Shown here: positions 29,114 to 38,400 of the stretch, piece after piece
How the letters are laid out: every line of letters starts with the position of its first letter
Position numbering within the stretch: the stretch's first letter is position 1
IMG/VR virus record: IMGVR_UViG_3300037400_005963
Coordinates: 92,521-156,520 of that record
Length of the DNA stretch: 64,000 nt
Source of the DNA: a virus
Lineage: Duplodnaviria > Caudoviricetes
Direction: 5' to 3' (one strand)
Program-made: the position numbers and the translations under genes
Notes under the pieces: model-generated
Seen by the model: only the letters and a program-made list of their open reading frames with translations
The model's database searches: none
Told to the model about the DNA's origin: nothing

Positions 29114-30118
29114 TTATCTTACTACAACCGTTACGATTTGATGTCCAGTTGCTCCAAGACCTTCTGTAGATCCAATAGTTATTCCGCGATTATACAAATA
29201 ATCTGCAACAGCTTGAGCTCGTTCATTAGAGATTCTATCATTAGCTGCATCTGTACCGGGATAACTAGCTTCACCCTTAATATCAACTACTACATTAGTT
29301 GGAATCTGATCCAATACGTTCATAGCTGCATTATCAAGGGTAGATTTGCCGTAATCAAATGCAACAACATATGTTTTGATGGGTGCTTCGATCACACGAT
29401 CCTTGTAAACAATCTTCTCTACTACTTGAGTAATAGTTTCAGGCTGTCTACTGCGGAGCTCATTTATCTGAGCATTTAGAAGATCTACTTCCTCTTGTGT
29501 ATATTTATAGGGGCAAAGCTTAAACTCCTTGCCAAACTTATAACTAACACCAGCCATCAATCCATACCAAGCATTTCTAGAATCAAATCTTGGATAGGCG
29601 CCTGTTCTAGTACGAGTTAAGTTATAATTCAACTCTGGCACAATGTTAAGTTGGAATTTTGGAGTTAAATTAATATTAAACTCAAGTTGCATCTTAGTAG
29701 ATAGATCATTAGTTGGATGTTCTGAATAAAATCCATGTACCCAACCCGGTCCTACTGCTGCAACAACCTCGAACTTATCAGGGGTTCCTCGGAAACCATG
29801 AAATAGGTTGTTAAAATTTAACTTAGCTAAGGCGGAAACATTTACAAAGTTAACTACATGACCAGTCTGGAATGCACCATACTTTGATCCATTTTCCCAA
29901 CCCATAGTACCATCAATTGCAACTCCAAAAGTAGGAGTAATCCAATGTGCATATTGCAATGAGGTTCCAGCTTGGATAGTGTGTCCCCAGTCTTCATAAC
30001 CATTACAACCTGGGTGCATTAATGCAGTTACACCACCCTTAAGTGTTACTACTTCTTCTGCTCTTGCCATAGTAAACATGCTAACTAAGGCAATCAAACA
30101 TAAAATAAACTTTTTCAT
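29114..30118 (-). CDS. OmpA family outer-membrane protein (Bacteroidota type)
   Basis: Signal peptide, beta-barrel region, NAQINELR linker, C-terminal FDYGKSTL...NDRISNERAQAVADYL. Confidence 0.85.
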   Translation of the reverse strand: MKKFILCLIALVSMFTMARAEEVVTLKGGVTALMHPGCNGYEDWGHTIQAGTSLQYAHWITPTFGVAIDGTMGWENGSKYGAFQTGHVVNFVNVSALAKLNFNNLFHGFRGTPDKFEVVAAVGPGWVHGFYSEHPTNDLSTKMQLEFNINLTPKFQLNIVPELNYNLTRTRTGAYPRFDSRNAWYGLMAGVSYKFGKEFKLCPYKYTQEEVDLLNAQINELRSRQPETITQVVEKIVYKDRVIEAPIKTYVVAFDYGKSTLDNAAMNVLDQIPTNVVVDIKGEASYPGTDAANDRISNERAQAVADYLYNRGITIGSTEGLGATGHQIVTVVVR

Positions 30119-30144
30119 TCTTTTAAATAAATTTTTTTAATTGT

Positions 30145-30894
30145 TTATAATAACTCTTCTATTAGGATATCAAGGTGTTTTCCACACCATTCTATTTCCT
30201 TCATGTATTTATCTATATATTGGGGTTTTAATTTTTCAGAATCTGTTAATATATAATCTTTATAAAACCTTTGTGGAATTTCTGATTTTAATGTAAAATA
30301 GAAACTACTATCTTTATTATCAGGATCATATATTTCCATACAGTTACATTCTACTGTATTATCACCCATAAATGTTTTCTTATTCATGACAAGGTTTCCG
30401 GACCATACGGGAGTTATTTTATCCAGATCCTTGTCATAAATTAGACATATACCGGAAAAAGTAGACTGAGGATTATCATACTCAAAAGACTTGGTTTTCA
30501 AATTATATTTTGTTCCGTTTACTTTCCAGGTAATTGCATCTATATCCACTACCATATTTTCTCTAAGATATAGAAATATATTACTTAGTCTTTTATTTTG
30601 TCTAATTAATTCTCCGATCGTTTCAAATTCGGGTCCCCATTCATCATCTTCAAATGTTAAAGGTGATAGGATTTTATATCTAGCTGCTCTATTAAATATA
30701 GACAATGAGGGATAAAGACTAGTTCCCGTGTGTCTTTGCAAACCCAGCAGACCAAGTAGATCTAATACATTCTTATCCACTTTACTAGTGTCCGTTCCTA
30801 GTTCATTCAGATAATGTTTTACAAAAGAACTATCTCTATAAGCTCTCCTCATGATGGGAAGCGCAACTTTCTCAAATAGATATTTTTTAATCAT
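30145..30894 (-). CDS. Phage protein, paralog of 5424-6206
   Basis: QRHTGTS, KILSPLTFEDDEW, QNKRLSNIF, DIDAITW. Confidence 0.7.
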   Translation of the reverse strand: MIKKYLFEKVALPIMRRAYRDSSFVKHYLNELGTDTSKVDKNVLDLLGLLGLQRHTGTSLYPSLSIFNRAARYKILSPLTFEDDEWGPEFETIGELIRQNKRLSNIFLYLRENMVVDIDAITWKVNGTKYNLKTKSFEYDNPQSTFSGICLIYDKDLDKITPVWSGNLVMNKKTFMGDNTVECNCMEIYDPDNKDSSFYFTLKSEIPQRFYKDYILTDSEKLKPQYIDKYMKEIEWCGKHLDILIEELL

Positions 30895-31207
30895 TTGTTT
30901 CTTTTTCGTTTTCCTTAAATTCTTTTAAATCTCGTTTCACTACACTAAGTCCATTTTCAATCATCTCTAAATACTTATCATATTCTTCTCCCTCTAGTTT
31001 GAAATCGGACTCGAGTTTTTCTTTAAGGAATTCAAGATTTTTGATATTCTCTTCACAAGAATTAATATCTATACATGTATCAGAACTGATACAACCAGCT
31101 ATTAATATATTCAATATGTTATTACTTTTCATCAAATATAAGAAAAAAAGGGGGTTATACCCCCATTTTATATAGTTTTCCAGACCATTTTCCTTGTCCG
31201 AAGTCAC
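30887..31207 (-). CDS. Hypothetical protein
   Basis: 106 aa; start uncertain. Confidence 0.55.
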   Translation of the reverse strand: MTSDKENGLENYIKWGYNPLFFLYLMKSNNILNILIAGCISSDTCIDINSCEENIKNLEFLKEKLESDFKLEGEEYDKYLEMIENGLSVVKRDLKEFKENEKETND

Positions 31208-31724
31208 GTCGATTGGGTGAAATGAGTATGTCTATTCGATTTCTCCATCTTTTGTTCATCGTATCATGAACATAATAGATGCCGTTGATAGTTGGATCAT
31301 CTGATACTACTTTAACCCTGTCTCCATATTTAACCCTTTTTGATTTTATTAGGTCCTGGGAAACTGCAATCCATCTAAGATTGCCCGAATTTAGGGAGTT
31401 CAAATTAATTTTACTCCCATCGGCTGTGATCAATGGATCAGAGTCACATTGACCTACTACCGGCTGATATAATGTAATGCCTATATCAGCAATCAACTTT
31501 TCATTTTCTTTCTTAGTTACTTGTTGTTTAGGCATTTTGGTTTCTTGCCTCTCTTTGGTAACTGTTGTAGTAGAAGTTGACTTTCCTACTCTAGTCTCCG
31601 TTGCCTTTATTTCTCCTACTGGAATAACAGTGGCAATGCTTTTTTCCTCTCTTGGTAAGAGGAACATATACATAAACATAATTCCCCAGATTACCAAGAA
31701 AACTTTTTCAGGTTTCATTCTCAT
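31155..31724 (-). CDS. 3D-domain (MltA-like) membrane-anchored cell-wall protein
   Basis: YQPVVGQCDSDPLITADG, IAVSQDL, VHDTM, RIDIL; start moved to MRMKPEK because a promoter motif lies at ~31797. Confidence 0.8.
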   Translation of the reverse strand: MRMKPEKVFLVIWGIMFMYMFLLPREEKSIATVIPVGEIKATETRVGKSTSTTTVTKERQETKMPKQQVTKKENEKLIADIGITLYQPVVGQCDSDPLITADGSKINLNSLNSGNLRWIAVSQDLIKSKRVKYGDRVKVVSDDPTINGIYYVHDTMNKRWRNRIDILISPNRRDFGQGKWSGKLYKMGV

Positions 31725-31816
31725 TTTACTTGTTTTTTCTGTTTTTAAATTAAAAGAGACGGATTGTTTACCGTCTCTACAGTTAATAATCTCAAATATA
31801 AGGGTTTCGTGGGATA

Positions 31817-32752
31817 TCATTCATAGATATATTTCCCGTCTAAGAGATTATAAATATCGATATAATCTATTCCAACAATTTTTGCAGCCCTTATATCACG
31901 ATCTGATAATCCCCACCGTCCTGAGTGAACCCCTATGTATACAACTTCATCGGGATTACACACAATATTTCCCGGCTTATTAGGATCTTCAAGAACACTA
32001 CTTAGAATTCTATCCTTGGGTGTATGTTGCTGCATCTGTTTCAAAACATGACAATCACCTAATGGAATTCTAAGATAAGTTGTTATACTACATACTATAT
32101 ATTCTAGTGCTACTCTCGCTAAATATTTATCACCTAAGCCTGGCACTAATTCATTCGAGGGAAATATTATATATACTTTCTCTGGATTGAAGCTAGCTAT
32201 TTTTTCCCAGACCTTAAAATTTGGTTTCAGGTCAAACATAGCTCTCGGCAACAATCCAGGTTTTCCATTCGAGTCATAAGATTCTACTAAACAATCTAAA
32301 GCATCGCATACTACAATACGTTTTCTTTTATTATTGATAGTATAATCTATTTTTTGCTGACTCTGATAATTGTTTCCAGTATTTCCACTTCCCCAGGGAG
32401 TACTTGGTTGATTATTACTCCCACTTCCACTACTTCCCCAACTTGACCAGGAAGGTGTAGATTGACTTTGCGATTTTTGCTGCTGTTCCCATGGGGCTAA
32501 TCCGCTACTATTTCCGGAACCAAACCTAGAACCACTATTAAATGACGGTGTAAAAGGTGCATCCATTTTTATTGTTGTACTTATATTTTCTTGATGTTGT
32601 TGATTATTTAATATTGCCTCAATTCTTGCATCCTCATCGGATTCATTAGTCTCTTCAATTTCCTCCAATGGATCATCATCTTCTGGATGTCCAGTATAAT
32701 CTGGTGGAATCAAATTATCATTCTCTTCTTCAATCTTGTTCGTTCTTTCCAT
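31817..32752 (-). CDS. Disordered N-terminus plus divergent HAD/PNK-3'-phosphatase-like domain
   Basis: VVCDALDCLV, VYIGVHSGRWGLSDRDIRAAKIVGIDYIDI. Confidence 0.6.
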   Translation of the reverse strand: MERTNKIEEENDNLIPPDYTGHPEDDDPLEEIEETNESDEDARIEAILNNQQHQENISTTIKMDAPFTPSFNSGSRFGSGNSSGLAPWEQQQKSQSQSTPSWSSWGSSGSGSNNQPSTPWGSGNTGNNYQSQQKIDYTINNKRKRIVVCDALDCLVESYDSNGKPGLLPRAMFDLKPNFKVWEKIASFNPEKVYIIFPSNELVPGLGDKYLARVALEYIVCSITTYLRIPLGDCHVLKQMQQHTPKDRILSSVLEDPNKPGNIVCNPDEVVYIGVHSGRWGLSDRDIRAAKIVGIDYIDIYNLLDGKYIYE

Positions 32753-33215
32753 TTAAATTTGTTTTTTGAAGTAAGTCATGAAGAATACATCCTGAATAAT
32801 CTGATGTGCAATTTTTAAAATCATCTCTGTATCGATCACAGATATCACAACAGATTGTTCTGATTACATCTTTTATATCCACATAATGTCTTTTGATTAT
32901 TCTCTGAAAACCCTCAACATCTGCCATATTATCTTCAATCGTTCCCTTCTGAGGAACATATCCGATACTGCTAGTGTAATAATCCTCTTGAGTATAATCA
33001 TCTTTCACCCCAATACAGAAATCTTGAAATGTTTTATTCTCATCGTCTAAGAATTCTGGATGTGGAAGTTTACTACAGACATTTATTCCATATGGACATT
33101 CCTTATCACATACTAAAATTTCAACGTCTTCATCCGGTATAACGGGTCTAAACATAAATTCTTTTTCCCCATCCGAATTTTTCACAATAACTTTTTTATA
33201 TTTTTTTAAACTCAT
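32730..33215 (-). CDS. Cys-rich hypothetical protein
   Basis: 161 aa with many Cys; promoter motifs at ~33236 and ~33272. Confidence 0.65.
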   Translation of the reverse strand: MSLKKYKKVIVKNSDGEKEFMFRPVIPDEDVEILVCDKECPYGINVCSKLPHPEFLDDENKTFQDFCIGVKDDYTQEDYYTSSIGYVPQKGTIEDNMADVEGFQRIIKRHYVDIKDVIRTICCDICDRYRDDFKNCTSDYSGCILHDLLQKTNLNGKNEQD

Positions 33216-33316
33216 AACTTTTATTTATTTTCTCTTATAAGGATTTATTGACCTTTTGATATTTCTTCAGATATAAGGATAAAACCCTAATAAATAGAAT
33301 ATTAAAGATTTTTAAA

Positions 33317-33871
33317 ATGAAATATAAAGTTTTAGAAAAATTAAAGTCTATACCGTATAGTGATAATCAAGTAGATATGCTAGAGACTTTATTTGATATT
33401 GATCCAAGTCTTCATAAAAGATATGAAGATATTCTGCAGAAACTTTATCAAAGCTGGGTAGATTTCGGAAACGACTGGGATAAGAAATATGATGCACTTA
33501 TGGAGGAAATAAAAAACAGTCATTGGGAAAATACTAGAAATCAGCTATATGATGCATTAGACCATCAGTTTTCACGAGATCCAAAAATAGTGACAGCAGA
33601 GTATCTAACTGGACTTAAAAATACTGGAGATCTATATTTATCCAGTAATATCACGCTGAGAAAAACTGATGAACCTAATAAGTACGTTTTAGATACCGAA
33701 CTAAAATTTAGAGAAATAGTTTCGGATGATAATGGTGCTCTTATTGGAATCGATTTTCTCGGAATAATATTCATTACAATTGGTTTTAAGTTTATGGGGA
33801 AATTTCTAGAAAAACTAGAAAAAATAGAAAATACTATTTACTTTAAGTTTATTGATGACGATGACAGATAA
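33317..33871 (+). CDS. Hypothetical protein
   Basis: 184 aa. Confidence 0.65.
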   Translation: MKYKVLEKLKSIPYSDNQVDMLETLFDIDPSLHKRYEDILQKLYQSWVDFGNDWDKKYDALMEEIKNSHWENTRNQLYDALDHQFSRDPKIVTAEYLTGLKNTGDLYLSSNITLRKTDEPNKYVLDTELKFREIVSDDNGALIGIDFLGIIFITIGFKFMGKFLEKLEKIENTIYFKFIDDDDR

Positions 33872-34421
33872 AAAAAATTATAGTAAGTTGGGACAGAAGT
33901 TAGCTTATCTTCTAAGACATGATACTAATTATGAATTTCCTTCAGAGGGCTGGAGGGAATCGGACGACCTAATAAAGAATCATGGTTTTACTTTAGAGGA
34001 CCTTAAGGAAATAGTGAGAAATGATAATAAAGGTCGTTTCGAGTGGAAAGATGGAACCTATACCGGTATTCGTGCAATTCAAGGACATAGCATCAGTAAA
34101 ATTAGAATAAAATATCCTCGAACTGATCCACCTGAAGTTTTATACCACGGCACTAAAGTATCTAATCTAGAAAGTATTTTTGCTGGTGGTATAAGCAGTA
34201 TGGAAAGGTTATATGTTCATCTATCTGATAACCCCGAAACTGCATTTAAAGTGGCCAACAGAAAAAATAAAACCAGAAAAATATCTGGACCTGGGATTGT
34301 TTTAGAAGTAGATGCAAAGAAGATGATTTCTGAAGGATATGCATTCTATCTAACTTCTAATGGAGTTTGGTTAACGAGATTTGTACCGAGTAAATTTATA
34401 AAAATTTTAACAACAGAATAA
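33852..34421 (+). CDS. kptA: RNA 2'-phosphotransferase (Tpt1/KptA)
   Basis: LLRH, KGRF, IRAIQGHS, LYHGT, VHLS, NGVWL; real start probably at 33861. Confidence 0.92.
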   Translation: MMTMTDKKNYSKLGQKLAYLLRHDTNYEFPSEGWRESDDLIKNHGFTLEDLKEIVRNDNKGRFEWKDGTYTGIRAIQGHSISKIRIKYPRTDPPEVLYHGTKVSNLESIFAGGISSMERLYVHLSDNPETAFKVANRKNKTRKISGPGIVLEVDAKKMISEGYAFYLTSNGVWLTRFVPSKFIKILTTE

Positions 34422-34423
34422 TT

Positions 34424-34774
34424 ATGATACAATCGAAAGAATTAACGCTAGGCTGTACAATTTTAGTCGACGGAATAGAATATCAAGTAAATTCCTTACC
34501 TTTACCTAAAGAAATTGAGGAGAAGGCAGAGGGAATACCTATAACGAGAGAACTTCTTCTTGAAATGGGTTACGAAGACAAGAAAAATGATGTCATTGAG
34601 GATGAACTTGAATTAGATCTCCCCAGTGGAAATTTTGCAACAGTCTTTAAATTCAAGGATGACGAAGATTGGGTACTCCATTTAGATGATAAATTTAGGA
34701 TGTCATTAGGTGGAAGAAGTTGGTTGAAGTATTATCATGAAATTCAAGCGCTCCTATCACTCCTAGATAAATAA
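34424..34774 (+). CDS. GIPIT..HEIQ family (paralog 3 of 1113-1520)
   Basis: KELTLG, GIPITRELLLEMGY, YHEIQALL. Confidence 0.65.
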   Translation: MIQSKELTLGCTILVDGIEYQVNSLPLPKEIEEKAEGIPITRELLLEMGYEDKKNDVIEDELELDLPSGNFATVFKFKDDEDWVLHLDDKFRMSLGGRSWLKYYHEIQALLSLLDK

Positions 34775-35148
34775 TGGAAGAAAGAAAATTACTATCAGAA
34801 TTCACCACAGAGGAATTAAGAAAGGAGTTAAGAAGGCGAAGAAAAAAGCCCACTTCAATTACCCCTAGGTGGTTAGAATGGAAAGGGGAGGTAATTAAAA
34901 TTCACGAGTGGGGAAAATATAAACAATATACCTATACAGTGAAAACAGAAGATCCCCGAGTGCCAGACAAGGAGAAAACTCAAACCTATCCCATTAAACG
35001 AGGATGTATAAAAAAAGAATTCAGACCTAAAGTGGGAGATACCGTACTTCTTTCTCTAAGATATACAAAGAAAATGAAAGAGGGAAAACAGCCAATCTGG
35101 TGGGGACTTGGAAAAATTAAAGAAATAATAAAAAATAAGGAGGATTAA
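34774..35148 (+). CDS. Basic hypothetical protein (OB-fold-like)
   Basis: 124 aa, GEVIKI...PKVGDTV. Confidence 0.55.
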   Translation: MEERKLLSEFTTEELRKELRRRRKKPTSITPRWLEWKGEVIKIHEWGKYKQYTYTVKTEDPRVPDKEKTQTYPIKRGCIKKEFRPKVGDTVLLSLRYTKKMKEGKQPIWWGLGKIKEIIKNKED

Positions 35149-35211
35149 GTCCTCCTTTTTGTTCTGAAATATAAAAAAATATGGTTATTATCCCGAAAAA
35201 TTCTTATACAT

Positions 35212-35391
35212 GAGCATGACTGAGTTTTTTGTTAATACTCTAGTGAAAGTTGTGGTACAATTTGCGAAAATTCATTCTCATTCATAGTTGTAATAGATTT
35301 TTCATAATATAAAATTTGGTTAGGTTAATAATTGGTTTCTTTCTCAGTTAGTGGTTGTTAATGTTTTGTGTTGTTTTTCTCAGTCATGCTC
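35212..35391 (+). ncRNA. Candidate ~180-nt RNA closed by a perfect 13-bp terminal stem
   Basis: GAGCATGACTGAG (35212-35224) / CTCAGTCATGCTC (35379-35391), immediately after promoter motif TTCTTATACAT; U-rich interior. Confidence 0.55.
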
Positions 35392-35404
35392 GATATTTAA
35401 AACA

Positions 35405-35450
35405 AAATAAGGAGACTTTTTAGGTTCTCCTTATTTCTTTTTTTTATTTT
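35405..35450. terminator. Bidirectional terminator
   Basis: AAATAAGGAGA-loop-TCTCCTTATTT flanked by A/T runs. Confidence 0.7.
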
Positions 35451-35454
35451 TCTA

Positions 35455-38400
35455 TTAAGATGGGGAATAAGTTTCTACTGTCCAGCCCGGTGGAACTATG
35501 GTTGGATCATTCTCACTCCAATTAGCATCAGCACTCTTAATAAATGTTCCAGTAGGAGCAACATTATTTATCCAACCAGATATACAATAATTACTTGGAA
35601 TATCAGTTGCTAACATTGTTATACGATTCAGCTTAGAACAGTTAGAGAACATTCTTCTATAGCAATAGTTTCCTAATGTAGTTGCAGTTAAAACTGGACT
35701 GGTAGTAATATTTGAACAACCACTAAACATATCGCCGCAACTTGAGCTTCCTACGCTACTACTGCTAAAAGTAATATTTGGAATTTCAGTAAGATTTTGA
35801 CAACCATAAAACATATATTCACATACCTCACTGCCCCCATGAACAGTAAGAGTTAAGTTTTGTGGACCGTCAGTTAATGATACACAACCACTGAACATAC
35901 TATCAAATGCATTGTTTCCTCCGCTTTTTAGCGACATTGTTGGAATATTTTTTAATTTTGTACAGCCCCTAAACATTTCCATACAACCTTCAGCAGGGAC
36001 TGTAGTAAGATTTATTTTTGGACAATCTACTAATGAAGTACAATATCCGAACATATTTCTATAACAATAAATACCGTACGACGTTGATGGTAACTTTGGG
36101 GGAACTTTTAATGACGTGCAGCTCTGAAACATATTTCTATAACAGTGATTTCCCAATGAAGTCGCTGGTATTTCGGGTGCCTGAGTTAATGACGAACAGT
36201 TAGAGAACATCGAATTGAGGGCCGAATTTCCGGTGTGTGCTGTGGCAGCTACCAATTTAGGACCATTCACCAACGAAGTACAGCTATTGAACATGCTATT
36301 ATAACAATTTAGTGGAGCTTTTGTCGCAGGTAATAAAATCAAACTATCAGTCATGTTAGAACACCCCCAAAACATATTACAATAGCTGTATGTGGCTATT
36401 GTCGTTGCAGGCAAAACAAGATTCTTAGAACTAATTAGTTTAGTATTACTTGAAAATAGATGTGCAAAACTATATGTTCCTGTTAAAGTTAGCTGATTGT
36501 TGAAATTATCATCAAACAATAATGACATTATATTTCCACTAGCAGAAAAATTACCAGTTGCAGAAAAGGAACTTCTCTTGTCCTGATCAAGAGCTGTCGC
36601 CAACGTAGTACCACTTCCTTTCCAAAGTACTTTCCCTCCAACTGGAACGGTTGGAGTAGTAATAGTTTGCGCTGTACTATCGATTTGTGTAGTAGTCCAA
36701 GTATTTCCATTATCTAAACTATAAGATATAGAGGACATTTCTGCATTAGTTACAGTAGTAGGGACAGTTAAAGTAAAAGTTCCTGCCTCTATTGCTTCGA
36801 ATGTAAGGTATTTATTTAAATATTCATCACTTACTATTTCAGCATCGGTTTTTGAAATCCAGCCTGAAGGTATACCATTATCTCCGGAGACTGACCAAGT
36901 TGCAGCACAGCTTTTAATAAAATTACCACTATTAGCTACGCCACTTACCCAACGTGCTGTATAGGTATCGGAGGGAGTGGTGGTAAATAATGCCTTTATA
37001 TAGTCAACCGATGAACAATTTTTAAATAGATCTGCATAACAGTTTTCCACTAAATCTCTTGCAGGTAACTCCGGAGTCGCAGTCAATCCAGTACAACCAC
37101 TAAACATTTCAGCATAACAACCTTCAGTTAAATTTAATGAAAATAATATTAAATTTTCTGCACTTATTAAATTAACCGAATTTTTAAATAATCCCCTAAA
37201 TGTCCACTCAGAAGTCAATGTTGTATTACATGCAGTGAGACTCATGGGATTTCCGCTAACACGATATCTTCCGGAAGAAGACATATTAGAACCGTCGTTA
37301 TCATTTCCTAAATGATACCCTAAAGCTCTCCACAGTACTTTTCCTCCTGCCTGAATGGTTGATGTAGTGACAACTACTTCTTGTTTCTCAACATTATTTG
37401 TCTTTTGCCAAGTTTGTCCATTATCTAAAGAATATTCTACATAATTTAATTCCTCTGAACTTATGTCAACTGGAATTGTAAACGTAAAGATACAGTTATC
37501 AACTGCTTCAGTAGTAAAATAATTATATTGATCTACAGTTGGCCAAATGACTCCCCAACCTTCTGGTATTCCGCTAGAACTAAATACATTCCAGGTCGCA
37601 CTTGGATTCTTGACAAAGATACCAGCTTCCGCTACACCACTCATCCAACTAGAAGTATACGAAGAACTTGGCGTAGTTGTAAACATTGCCTTAATATAGT
37701 TTAAATTAATGCAATTTTGAAACATTTGTTGATAACATCTATTAACTAATGTAGTAGCTGGTAATTCAGGAGCATTGACTAGAGAAGAACACCCCTCAAA
37801 CATACCATAGTAACAATTGCTAACTAATGTAGTAGCTGGTAATTCTGGCGCTGTGGTTAATGCAGTACAACCAGAGAACATACTATAGTAACAACTGCTA
37901 ACTAATGTTGTTGCTGGAAGTTCTGGTGCAGTAGATAAAGAAGTACAGTCCTGAAACATATACTGATAACAACCATTTGCAGTTAAAGTAGTAACTGGCA
38001 AACAATATTTATCATTATTATCTATTGGAAGTATATCCCATAGGTCTTCATCTGTTATTTTAGTCCCCGCAAATAAACCTGCAAGAGCACCGCTTGCTAC
38101 GACATTAGAACTTGAGAAATCTATATTAGTACAACCTGGTAGTATTCCTGTACCATAAAACATCTTGAAATAGCAATTATTTGCAAATGTAGTAGCAGGT
38201 AGGTTCAAAGTTCCGGTTAAACTGAAACAGTTATAGAACATTTGATAATAACACTGAGTTGCTAATGTAGTTGCCGGCAATTCCGGTGCTTCTGTTAAAG
38301 AAGTACATCTCTCAAACATACTATAGTAACAATAATTTGCTAGTGTAGTAGCAGGTAATTCTGGTGCCGTTGTTAGTGATGTACAGCCCTTAAACATTTG

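Noticed and set aside
35212-35391. MITE with terminal inverted repeats
   Set aside because: Single copy here, no evident target-site duplication, and it starts exactly at a promoter-predicted start; kept as an ncRNA candidate instead
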